DNA of 64,000 bases from Hemiscyllium ocellatum. Its lineage: Eukaryota. The notes below the pieces were generated by a model, which ran no database searches, was not told the DNA's origin, and saw nothing but the letters and a program-made list of their open reading frames with translations. Both the position numbers and the translations under genes were made by a program. This document shows, in pieces, positions 13,571 through 26,112 of the stretch (positions within the stretch are counted from its first letter, which is position 1; every line of letters starts with the position of its first letter). The stretch lies in the NCBI RefSeq assembly GCF_020745735.1, contig NW_026867603.1:1984001-2048000 (forward strand), given 5' to 3'.

Positions 13571-15689
13571 ATGTTTGTTTAAAGTTATACAGTCGAAACA
13601 CTTCTTACAGCCCTCATCAGTGAAATAATGTGAAATCGGTTTCAAGTGCCTTGCAGCATTCAGTCGTCCCTTGCTAATTGCGCATCTGCATGGACAAGGG
13701 ATCCAAAGGACTCACAAAGCATTGTGCCCTCTTATGCCTGACAGAATGGTCACAGCGACCTTTGCATTAAATAATGTTCTCAACAAGAATTCACTAGCAG
13801 CACACAATTGATCTAAAATTCAAAATTGAACGAAATTGTGGAAACCTCAGACTGTGACTTGCATTGTATTTCTCCAGCACTTACTTTCGATTCTGTTTTC
13901 CAGAAGGCGAATGTGTAGCTGGTTTGGGCTTCGCAATTTCCTCTTATAGAACTTTCCTGCAGACACATGGGTACCACAATTTTGGACCTGTACCCCCTCT
14001 CGATAACAGCCTGTGGCAAACATTTTCTTTATAATAATTCAAAGCAGTCCTTCACTCTTCTCTTCTTTGGTGCCCCTATCCCCTCTCAATAGCCCTGATC
14101 CAAATGAAGGCACAAATTCTGATGAAGCGCCCACCATTGGTTTGGGACAGAAGTGAATACAACATACCAGAAAACATAATGCAGAAACAGGTGGCAAAGC
14201 ATTTTTGCTTAAGTTTTCGTAATAAGGAATTAATGTCGGCCCAGTAAAATGCAAAGTTTAAAACATGCAGTGAGTGGGTTAGGACAGTGATGAGGCATCA
14301 GTATTAAAGATACACAGTGAGAGTGACTGCCTTCGAGGCTTTGTGTGAAGTTTGGAGCTACCTACAAGTTTAAGAATGTCTATATTTCTGAATGTGGTGG
14401 AAGGAATTATGTCATTTTTATTGAAGAATGTCCCAAATTATAAGTCAATATTAGGCATAGCAATCAAAATTTCGAAGCTGAGTGCAGAGCGAGAAGTCTG
14501 TTTTTGGAAAAATGAAATCTTGGTTGAATGAATTCCTGTATGTGACCGAAAAATGCAAACATAGCACAGTTCTGGAATAATGAGTTGAATGTCTCTTAAA
14601 TGCCGTCAGTGTTGGTTTCTCTTGTAACCTGAGATTTTAGGTGTCAGTTGTTTGAATGTTAGGGAAGTGTTTAACAGTTTATGCAATTCAAAAAGTTTTT
14701 TAGGGGGTTACTGATCAAAACTTAGTCAGGGCACATAGCAAATCCCCGCATACTAACCTTCAATTGATGTATCTCTGCACTGGAGATGAAAGCTGCAACA
14801 GGGGAGGAAGAGTTTCTAAATGTGCAAACGTTGTAAAATTGGAGAGTATCAACAAAGAAGCAGAGGCAATTCGATTTTTCCCCAAAGCAGAAATCTAATG
14901 ACCTGTATAGCAGGACCCCAAAGGATTGGAGAAATCGATTCAAGTATAACTTCAATTAAGACAATTTGGGTTTCTCTTTTTGCCCATGGCCAAAATATTC
15001 TGTTCGTTTGCCCTCATAAACAAATGCTTCAATGAAATAATTCCATCAATAAGCTTTTGAATTTGAAAAAGAAAAGATGACCCGTACTTGCCTTGGATTT
15101 TTAAACATGACAGCTTACCCATGTCTCTCACATTATCTCTCAACGTTTCGATAGTGTATTTAAAAAAAACCGTGCAGGTTATTACTTTCTCACTCAGCTA
15201 TGTGTTTGGCTTGTAGTCATCTTAGATGGTGGTGCTCTTGTAAAGGTTAAGTGAAAATCCTGTAAAATCAAGGAATCTCAGCAAACGGAGGATTGTTCAA
15301 ATTTCAGTAGCGTGGTTCTCAATAAACCATAATCTGCCTCAGGTTAAGACAGCCTTTTATTGTATTTACTGTGTCTTCCTTTCACAATGTAGCTGCTTAT
15401 TTATTTGGATTCTTGGATCTCTGATTGGTTTATTGGCTTTGGATGGAATTCTCCATCTGCAAGTAGCATCTTGGTATTTTTACGAAGTCAACAACTAAAT
15501 TGTTTCCTTGTTATGTGACAATCAAAAGTTCAAATGCCTTTTCTAACCAGCGGGGTGCTCTGTTTAACATTAGTGTCTGAGTCAGCCATTGCATGATCGC
15601 TCAAAGGTTATCATGGTACAGTGGAAGTTTATAGTATCGATTTGCCTTACAGATATCTTACATTTCAAGACTTTCCTTGATCGATTGTT

Positions 15690-15692
<3 letters not shown>

Positions 15693-15738
<46 letters not shown>
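15693..15738. repeat. (GT)23 microsatellite
   Basis: Read directly. Confidence 0.98.
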
Positions 15739-15740
<2 letters not shown>

Positions 15741-17731
15741 TTTATTGGAATGCTGTTGTTACTTTGGTATTCTCTAACTGGATGCAGGGAATTTTTATAT
15801 GAATGTTTGCCTTTACTTTGCTGCTTATTTTCAACTGAGAATTAACTGGCATTCAGAGTGGTTAGGAACCTAAAAATTGAGCGGCCATTGAAAAAAGAAT
15901 GTTTCTACTCAAATTTTACAAGTATTGACTAACAGTCCATGACTTATGAAGGAATGAATATACAAGTGACAGATTTGCTGATGAGACAAAGAAAGGTTTT
16001 TAAAAAGCCTAAGAAGGCATTGGGATGCTATAGAGAAGTATGGGTTAAGTAAGTAGTCGAAGACCAGTGGATAAATGTGAAGTTGCCCAGTTTGACTGGA
16101 AGAAAAGCATTTTTTTTTAATGGAAGGAGATTCCATAGCTCTGAGATACAGTGGGATCTGAATGCGACATTACCTGAATATTGAAATTTTAGCAGACAGA
16201 TACAATAAGTAATTGGGATAGCGAATATTGTTCCCTTTTATCATGTGGGCATTTAAACACAAAAGCAGAGAGCATGGTCAACATATATCTTGAATGCTCT
16301 AATTCCTATTGATCACACTTTTTAAGGAAGGAAGTAAATACATTGGAGGCAGTTCAGAAAAAGGTTTACCAGAACGATACGTACTGAGTGACTTGTTGTA
16401 CAAAGGGGATTTGAATAGGCGAGGTTAGTGTCAGTTTGTCTTTCGGGGAGGAAGAGGCAAATTGATTGAATCAAGCAGATTCTTCTTACAGAAGAGACGG
16501 GGATGAATGGTTACTGTTATGGAAAATGGAGAGCATGAAAGCATGGGAAGGATAAAAGCATGAAGACCATTGGCAATCTGTGTTCTGTCGAAGGCAGGAA
16601 GGGGTAACAATAGTGAATATTCTTACACTAATTAGCAGAGCAAGGTTAAGGCTGAAAGATCACTATGGCGTGATGAGATAATACAAGCAATAAAACAAGT
16701 TCCTCTGTTAAGTGTTATTATGACAGGATTAGGAGCGTAAATATGACATTAAAGTATCTAATTAATAGTTAGTAGAATCAGCTTGAGACAGGAGACGATT
16801 GTAATAGGTGGAGTAGCTAAATGTCTATCCTGATAAATTAGTCTGCAATGGAAGATCACTGTGGCTAAAGTGATAATAAATATCCAACCATGACATTCGG
16901 AAAATATTAAGTAGGGTCAGGAATGAAAGACCATTGTAGAATGTTCGCAATAAATATCTAATTCTGACATTAGAATAATATTAAGGAGAATGTATAAGCA
17001 AAGAGATAATGTGAACTACCATCACTGGTTTATTGTGCAGCTCGAGTAAGGTATTTTGATTAATATAGTTGGACCTGCTGATAAGCTAACAGAAGAATGA
17101 TAAAAAAGATAGAAAAATTCACAGGCCCTGAGGTTCATGGGCATTCGAGAATGTGCTTTCTCAGTGTCACGGTTTTTTGTTTGCAAATAAAAGATCTATT
17201 TCGTGAAGAAGGACTCTCTGCATCTCCTGGTGGTTCTCTATATTTTCTCCACAACACTGTCTAAACTTCAGTAGTTATCCATTTAAAAGAGAGGAGGTGA
17301 TTTGTTTTCTCTCAAAATGTGGAATCTCTGAAACGTCATTAAAGCAGAACTGTGGAATATTTTAAAGGCAAAGGTAAATAGATTATTGTGGAGTGAGAGG
17401 TGGTGAAAGTTTTTCAGGTTAGGCAGGAATGTGGATATAAAGTTGCAATTAGATGAGACATACTCATGTTGAATACCTTACTCACCCTGTTTGCTTGGGA
17501 TGTGGCAGGTTGATTAAAATTCCACATTGGAGATTCAATATAAAATTTCAACACATAGGTTTCGAATGTGGAAATCCACAATCTTCAGAGCTTTTTCAAT
17601 ATATGAATTTTTCAAGAGTTGGTATAAAAATCACTTAATTTGTGCTGTAATACCAATTGCAGATATGGAAACTGTTACACTTACCAGGCGGAAGAGATTC
17701 CACTCATGAATGCAGCGATCACAAAGAAAGG

Positions 17732-17850
17732 TAAAAACAATGACTGCAGATGCTAGAACCCAGATTCTGGATCAGTGGTGCTGGAAGAGCACAGCAGTTC
17801 AGGCAGCATCCAACGAGCAGCGAAATCGACAAAAGCCCTTCATCAAGAAT
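17732..17850 (-). mobile_element. Penelope-like terminal-repeat derivative
   Basis: actgcagatgct...gctggaagagcacagcagttcaggcagcatc...aatcgac...gcccttcatca matches the terminus of the Penelope-like element at 26113; hammerhead core partly deleted. Confidence 0.7.
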
Positions 17851-20473
17851 AAAGGCAGAGAGACAAGGTGGAGAAGAAGTGTTGATTTAGCAAGCACGTA
17901 CACAGCTTGCATTGAAGGGGGATGCACGCTAGCAATCGATCACAGAGGGATGTGGTGAAGCAGTCAACCTCTGTGATAAAACAGCCAAGCTAACACCTCC
18001 ACTTTTGTCACAGACAAGACCAAATAGGGCAAGAATAAGGGGCGACAGGCTTAGAGGGTTGGAAGAAGTAAACAGAGGAGGAGTGAAACTAGAACTTGTG
18101 ATAAGTTTGACGTATTGAATGCTAAGCCAATAAGGTAAAAGGGGAGTATCGAGAGACTCAGCTGAACTGTATAATTTGCAATGTAACATTCAGATCGATG
18201 AGCCTATCCTGTAGACACCCGTCTTGCAAGAGCGTTAATCGATTAAAGTGCTGCTTCAGAGATTGTCTCGGACTGAAATTACTTAAGCAAGTGATTCTAT
18301 TTCCCACAACACGTATGTAATGGTCGCATTTTTCTTAGAGATTAGAGAGTTTGTTTGCTTAAAAAAAGTTGCATCAATGCAAAACCTTCAAAAGTGGTCA
18401 GTGGAAAAGTGCTTGCCCATTCAATATTCTGATCTCAATTTGTAGTCGAACATTTAGATAGCTGAACTCTAAAACAGGATAAATGTATTGAACAATTAGT
18501 ATTCCTATCTCCTCTGTTACACTCATCCTGTTTGTGGTGTCTTTTAAATCTCCTGTGAAAGTTTTGAAGAAAGTCCTACTCTTTTCCATTGTCCTACTAC
18601 CTCTCTGAAAGTTGATCTATTTCATAAAAACAGTTGATCAAAGAATATAATACTGAATCGCTGAGTATCCAGCAATTTATACCAGCCATCAACCAATTGT
18701 GCTTACAAGACCAAGCTTAAACTATCTTTTTTCATGACTAACTTCAGCTGTGTATACTGTGAAGAACAGGGAAATCGAATTTCTCCAGGGACAGTTTCGA
18801 TGGTTAGAAAATAGGTTTGCTCCAGTATGTGTATAAATAATCCTTGATTCAGAATTCAAAGACATGAAAGAAAATTGCTGGAATGCTGTTGTTTAGATTG
18901 TTCCGGGGTTTCCTCTTCATAGCATGTGACAGCAGTGCAACAAACACCTTTGCAGGCCAGACCACATCAATCACATTGAATTTGCATCTGTAATTTTTGC
19001 GTTTATCCCACAGACTTAAGCTCTTACTTCATTAGATGAACAGAAAGAATCCAAATAAAACTCGAAAGAACTGTGAATGCAGTAAATCAAAAATAAAAGC
19101 AGAGTTGCTGGAAAAGCCAATGCTGGTAAGCATCCAAATCTCTTCAGTGAAATGTTTCTTCGCATTCATCAGCCCGTTCATGAGCTGTTTACGTGACAAT
19201 GACCTCTCTGGTCTATACTACAAGGAAAAATTCTTTCTCCCCGACATTCTCTGCCTCTCCCCCTACCTGTGCTCTGCTTTCTTGCAAACCAGTTACGTAA
19301 GTTTGACAAAAATAAATCACCAACTCATGCAGTCGTTCTTCTACAGTGCAAGCAGTTTAACAATAGCAGCTGGATAAGAGCTGCAATACTGAATCCAGAT
19401 CCTTCAGCCATTCCAACAGCTGGCTCACAATTGTACATGGCGGCAAATGCCGATATCAGTGATTAAGCTTGTCTGATCAATTGCAGGCCTGATAAATGTG
19501 ACAGCCTAAACTGTTTTGAAGATGCAAAACCGTGCCTCCAAATCTAAGGCGGTCACAAGAAAGTACATTTACTACAATATGTGACCATAATTTTGCTTCA
19601 TTCAGATTACAAGAAAATGGAATTATTGAGATGGCATGATCCCAGGAGCTAACTGCAACACCAGAGTGAAGGCAGAGCAGCGACCTTTCCTTTGCTGCCA
19701 TTAGTGTGGAAAAAGCTAAGGCTGTACTAAAGAGCTTTGCACGCCAAAGCCCACTGTGGGAGTTGAGGAGCTCTACTGTTCACATTGGAAAATTGGTTGC
19801 TTACTCTCTATTTGGGCCTGGAGATCTTTAGTTGAGATATTTCAAGTTGTTGCAGCAAGTATGATATATTGAAGAAATAAAGTTGTTGAATTGTATCTTC
19901 CTTTCTTTGCTTCCACCCACCAGCCTCACTAGCTTGTCTTGCAAACAGCCAATGAAGGCTTATGGGGTAATACATCGCCATCTACTGTAATTGTATGTTG
20001 ACGTGTTTTTTTTACAAAACCAGCTGTCAATGACTTGAAGTACTTCCTCAATTTTTGACATTGATAATGATTTTATTGTGCATGTGGATGTACGCTTAAA
20101 ATGACTGAATAGCACTTTCTGACCATTTGCAAATCACCTGACAGTCCAAAGTAATAGTTAGATGGAAAACTAGACATTGTAAAATCTATGATGAAAAAGT
20201 AAGTTTGAAAACAATATGTGATTAATGTTTTGCTTCTTTCAGAGTCCAAAAATTAGAAAGGAAGTTACTAGTGAGCTGGCAGTACTGTAAGATATTGTAG
20301 GGACTCTTCAGGAACCATCGCACAGCAGTTTAGTGAATATCACGCCAGGCAAGAGCATTTGCATCACTGTCTCTCTGTTGTCCGCATTACTATTAGGACT
20401 TCAGAATGTTGTTTTTTCAAAACTACTGCACAGGAGAGAGGATTTGGACTTGCTGGTGTTGGACTGGGGTGTA

Positions 20474-20650
20474 CAAAGTTAAAAATCACACAACACCAGG
20501 TTGTAGTCCAACAGGTTTAATTGGAAGCACACTAAGCTTTCGGAGCGACACCCCTTCATCAGGTGATGAAGGAGTGTTGCTCCGAAAGCTAGTGTGCTTC
20601 CAAAAAAACCTGTTGGTCTATAACCTGGTGTTGTGTGATTTTTAACTTTG
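20474..20650. mobile_element. 177-bp near-perfect inverted-repeat element with two divergently oriented hammerhead-like cores
   Basis: Left arm caaagttaaaaatcacacaacaccagg...ccttcatca (20474-20561) is the reverse complement of right arm tgatgaagg...cctggtgttgtgtgatttttaactttg (20564-20650), with few mismatches. Confidence 0.9.
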
Positions 20651-22019
20651 CATAGGAGAGGACATCAAAACACTTCATTGGAAGTTTGCTTGCATTTTCT
20701 TCTGAAGTTTATAAACTTTGAATATGAATATATTCAAGTACTTGATATCTCATTTCTGTGTCTAATCGTTATCACCAGCAACAGTGTTCTTCAAACCCTT
20801 GAAAGGTTTTGAAGAACAAATTCCCAACCTATAGCAGTCACCCATCTGGAGTGTGGCCAGTTTCACTCAAACAACAGAATGCAGGCTGCAGTCATGAATC
20901 CAGAATCTTCAGTCTTTCAAACAGCTGGCACACAGATGTGGGATGTAGGCAAATGCTCATTTAAATAACTTAATTTATCTTTTATGACCAATTGCAGACA
21001 TAGTAAATGTGACAATCCAAACTGTGATGGAACTGAAACGTATAATCCTTCAGGAACAATTGAAGCAATTAAAGTGTTAGTTTGATCCAAAGTGCAATTT
21101 AATTCCCGATTAATATTGTATTTGGAATAAAGGTTTTTCTGGATAACCACCAATTCTTGTAAAATTATGTAGGTATTTTGTTCTGCATAATCCGAGAACA
21201 ATATCAAATACACTATGCCAGGCCACAATTTTCACATGACAAATACTGCTGGGTTCTGCCTCCAAGTATGTATTTTTTTCTAGAAGCTAGATTGCGGTGT
21301 TTCTTTTTTAAACAGTACAATTGCAGTAATAACTTTGTGAACTCTAATGGTGCCCTGCTGGACTGAGAGCTGGAACCAGTGCTGCTGTGATGGATAGCAG
21401 CACCAAGGGCGGCATGCTGCTGATGTGGCTTGATCAAGAAACTGTTGCTGGGATCAAATGGCCTAATCTCATGAGCTGATGGTGAAATCAGAATGATGGT
21501 AGAGTAGCAAAGTTTTCTGCGCCATCATTAATGCTTGCGATTGCTGAGATGAAAGAAATTGATGAGGAAAATTCAGTTCTGTACGGAGATACAGTACACA
21601 AAGCTCTTCACTAGAGAAATTGGACAGATAGCCGCCCTTTTAGAATTGCCTTAAACTCTTTACTTGTGATTTTTGTAGACTATGCAACACATGTAAAGTA
21701 TTGAAGAAATGAATTTGTCATATCCTTGGTTTCCATGTTGCAGCCTGATTGTCACTGGCCTGAAATCCTCATACTCCTATTCAAGTGTATAAAAATGATT
21801 TTATTCTGAATGTAAATGTTTGCTTAAGTTGACTTAATAACACTTGAAGACCGTTTGCAGCTCTGCAAACATCAACTGCCGGACGTGCAAGGGAGCTGGC
21901 GTGTCTGGTTCTAAAGAAATTAAGGAGGTCATTGAAAATTAAGATGAACACAATGTGTGACTTTCCACTAAAAACTAACAGATCCGGATGCATCTGTGCA
22001 GAGTTAATATTTTTAATTG

Positions 22020-22150
22020 AATGACTCTTGTTCAGAACTTCAGATCTCTGTGAAGAACGGTCTCTGGAGTCAACATGAACTTTGCTTTCGCGCCACAGAT
22101 GCTGCAAAACTATTGAGTTTCTCCAGCAACTTCTGTGTTTCTTTCAGATT
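22020..22150 (+). mobile_element. Degenerate Penelope-like terminal-repeat derivative (opposite orientation to the other copies)
   Basis: ...tgaagaacggtc...cacagatgctgc...gagtttctccagcaacttctgtgttt resembles the reverse complement of the copies at 29960 and 53240. Confidence 0.5.
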
Positions 22151-25100
22151 GTCATCTTTCATAGTCCGTTATTTTATATTCGTTGTGGAAATTAAATCGA
22201 CTCGACTCAAATGCTAGCGAGAGCAAAAAAAAGTTTATTCGGACCCTGCAGGGTCGACCTTTTGGCAAAATCCCTCATATCGGGGTGCCTGAATAGCTTT
22301 CACATTTTCCCTTCATACTAAACTACACTTACTCCCATCACATCTCAAGATCAAGAGCTTAGATCATTCGAGTTTCTTCCCACATATGGAATTGATTTTT
22401 CTCATTCCTTGAATATTGATATGGTAGTTTACTGTCGTTGGGAGACTACTGTGAGTCTGGTTTGAACAATTCATTTTTCCCTGACTTTGCTTTTCTGCCT
22501 GCCTGCAAGAGTTTGCAAAGTATTCTCTTACAGATTTCGCAATAAATGTTAATTTTCCAGTGTAATGTTAAAGAAATTATTGACTGTCATTCTAATCTTT
22601 GCTCTATCACTAAAAAGAAATCATAGTTGAATCTTTTAGTTAGTGCTGCAGACCTAATCCCAGTACTGAATCCTGGAGACTTTGACCTTTGCCAAGGATA
22701 TGTTATCAGTTGTTTCTCATCAGTTGACGGTGTGGCATAGATTCAAGAGTTGCTAGTCCAGTGCGAGGGATGACAGATCGGCACATTTCTGTGCCCCACT
22801 GTTCATGCTGATGATCGCTGAGCCTGTGAAGGTGGGCACTGTCAGGGAAATGAGGAAGGCAGGCCTGAGAGATCATGAAGTGTCAAGACGTCAAAGAGAA
22901 CAGGTCGATGTCAGCATGTCTTAGCAATGGGAAGGTGTCAGACTCCTTCCCTCACATTTTCCCAATCCTATCACCTCCCAGTTAAAAACCAGTGAATAAT
23001 TGAGTATGCATTAAAACAAATTATTTCAATAATTATTTCTCGCCCTTCAATGTTCAGGTCTTCAGTTTTTCACTTACAAGTACTAGACTGTGCAATGAGG
23101 GTAAACATATTGAAGACTCATCGACTTCCTAACTCTGCTTCACAATCCTATTACATCACACACCTCCCCTCACCCTATCTCTCAAACAAAAACAGACCAT
23201 GGTATCCTGAAAACCACTGTGACTTTTTTTTTAAAGACAACATATATTGCAGTCATATCTTTTAAACGTGGCCTTTTTAACAGAGTGTAATGTGAAAGGG
23301 AATTTCTGGAGAGCAGATATTTCTCTAAGCTTTCTGGAGTAACTTCCTCTTGACAACATCTTCCAGTGCTATAGCAAACACCACGATTCCAGACCACAGC
23401 CTCTCCCAAAATTTGCATTATTCCTGATGATTAGAGTGATTCCTTTTTTTAAAAATATAATAGTTGTATAGCTGTATCAGCTCAATAGAGCCTTTTGATC
23501 TTCAGGGTTTATTTTCAAATGCTTGTATGCCATTTATATGTGTAAGTCCTTTGTTAATTTGTGCGTCATGTTGACTTGTAGCTGGGGAAATTTTGATAGA
23601 CCAGATTATCAGGCGGATGGGAATCAAAGTTTGCTAGACAAGAGGGCAACCATGAGGAAACAAGTTTCACTTGATCGAATTTTGATGTGGTTTGGTTATG
23701 CTACATTTCGAATACAACAAATTGAAAAGATAATTTTGAAGAACCATTGATTCCTTCAGAATCTATTGTAATGCGATGAATGGCAGTCCAGACAACAGCA
23801 ATTATATTAAAGAGGCTGCTGGACTACCTCCTCAGGAATTTAATATTTGCAACAGAGTTGTCTTAAGCATTTGTACCAACATCTAAGAATCGAAAACTCT
23901 GATTTCCTTGCTAATCAATATTGAGGTTATGTTTCTGGACAATGCAGTCATAGCTAAAATACTAAAGAAATGGGTTCCTCTCCCTCACCCTACCTCATCG
24001 TTTCTCTTTGTTTCTCTTTCCTGCTCATCCTCACTCACGCATCCCCCACTCAACATAACCTCCAAAATTATTGCCATGGCCTCCAACACTTGATGACATT
24101 TGAAGAAATATGGCTGCAGACTGTGACCGACTCCTGGTCCCCTCGCCTGGTCCTATCTCCCATTGAATGCTTTGGATTTTTTATAATCTAAGTTGGCCAG
24201 CTGCCATACGTATCCACGGAGTCAAGCCCTTTCCCAAGTAATTGCTATTTGTTTGAATCAAGCTTATAAACGTCTTCCATGGCGAATTCAATACAGGCAG
24301 CAGCACATCCACACCGTTTCACTGATGTCATCAATTATTAGAAGTCTAAATACTAAGGTCATTACACTGCTCTAGGTCAGAGATGTGTAATTACTCCTGT
24401 GTTTATTATGGCCAGAACTTTCAGTGAACTCCGAGCGGATGGAGGAGCAGGAAAGGAAAAAGAATAAAATTCTCTTTTCAACAAAACAGCCAGTACTGGC
24501 TAATATGACATGAAGCTTCAGTGAATTTGAATAATGTCAAATTACTGTATTCGAGTTCTGAATCAAACATTTGTTCGTGTAAGGGATAAATGAGCAATAG
24601 TGTATAAAGAGCTTGAGTTTCTTTTTCCGAGGTAATGAAGTTAAACTTAAATCCTTGCACGTGGTATGTTTTCCCTCTGTTCCAGTGCAGACAAGTCTAT
24701 ATTTGACCTCTTTATTCCACGCCCACCAGTTCTTGCCCTCACAGCCAAAACTCTGGATGGTGATATGAAGTGCTAAATATTAACACTGTGATCATGGACA
24801 TACTTAAAATGATTTAACTGGTACTTTATGACCAGTTGCAGCTGTGAAAATGTTGACACGTCACACCATGAATTAGGTGGAAACCTGCGTTTGCCAGAAG
24901 CTAAAGGAAATGGATTGGCAAGTACGTTTGTTCTGAGGTCAGATACAATCTGCTATATTTAGTATCAATAATGTAAAAGGAAAGTTCTGGCAGTCGTTGT
25001 AAGATTATGTAAGGATTGCCTCACGAAGGCATCACATGGCAGCGTGGTGAACACCAGCACAGATGAGAACAATCACAGAAAACAACTGCTTGACTAGTTC

Positions 25101-25555
25101 AGAAATGTTGGTTCATTTTGAAAGATCATCCTTGAATCAGCACAAAACATCCAAAGTTTGTCAATGGTCGGTTGAATTTTGCTTGCATTTCAGTATGAAG
25201 GTCTTGCATAGCCCAGAAATTACTGTGAACAAGGGTGACATGCTGAAGAAATGGTGTTCTCTTCTTTTCCTTCTGTGCTGTCTCTTCCACACCACAACCG
25301 CAGCATAGCCTCATTGTGGTCTACTGTAGACATCCTGTGGAAATCAAAAAAACCCGTTACCAACACGATTATCTTGCACAGTCATTGACTAACTTAAGAA
25401 AACTCGTTGATCAGGCGTAGAATACTGACTAACAAGTCTGCATTTATTTTGATGAATTGCTTTAGAGTTAATTCTGGATAAGTTTACTTATGTTAAATGA
25501 TTAATTTGTGCACTTTGATGAATTACAATTCTGGAGACATTGTCATTACAAATGT

Positions 25556-25867
25556 GGCCGGCACGGTGGCACAGTGGTTAGCACTGTTGCCTCACAGCGC
25601 CAGAGACCCGGGTTCAATTCCTGACTCAGGTGACTGACTGTGTGGAGTTTGCACATTCTCCCCGTGTCTGCGTGGGTTTCCTCTGGGTGCTCCGGTTTCC
25701 TGCCACCGTCCAAAAATGTGCAGGTTAGGTGAATTGGCCAGGCTAAATTGCCCGTAGTGTTAGGTGAAGGGGTAAAGGTAGGGGAATGGGTGGATTGTGC
25801 TTTGGCGGGTCGGTGTGGACATGTTGGTCCAAAGGACCTGTTTCCACACTGTAAGTAATCTAATCTA
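25556..25867 (+). mobile_element. Full-length tRNA-derived shark SINE (HE1/V-SINE-like)
   Basis: A-box tggcacagtgg, B-box ggttcaattcc, core gtgtggagtttgcacattctccccgtgtctgcgtgggtttcc, tail gtaagtaatctaatct; many related copies in the window. Confidence 0.9.
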
Positions 25868-26112
25868 AACGGTGAGGTAAATGGGAATGCCGGTTTTCCT
25901 GGATCAAGTGAAGTAATTGCAAAGTAAGTTTAGTTGACTGCATGACTAAGATAGTCATTATTTCAGAATGTAACAAACCATTAGGAAATCACTGGAGAGT
26001 TGTCAGTTTCTGCAATGTTAAATAACCATCAATGGTAACAGCTCGGAGACAATGATTTGATCATGTTCGTATCTGCTCTCAAAGAGGAACTTGCCTACGA
26101 TCGCTAATCAGA

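Noticed and set aside
14119-15994. Further hammerheads at CTGATGA 14119 and 15978
   Set aside because: Neither has a pairing stem II followed by GAAA.
25556-25625. tRNA genes (also at 13474, 40575, 62445)
   Set aside because: The A/B boxes continue into SINE bodies and no complete cloverleaf or acceptor stem is present.
11900-26100. Protein-coding exons of another gene
   Set aside because: The short ORFs show no recognisable domains or consistent exon chain; isolated small exons cannot be excluded without transcript data.
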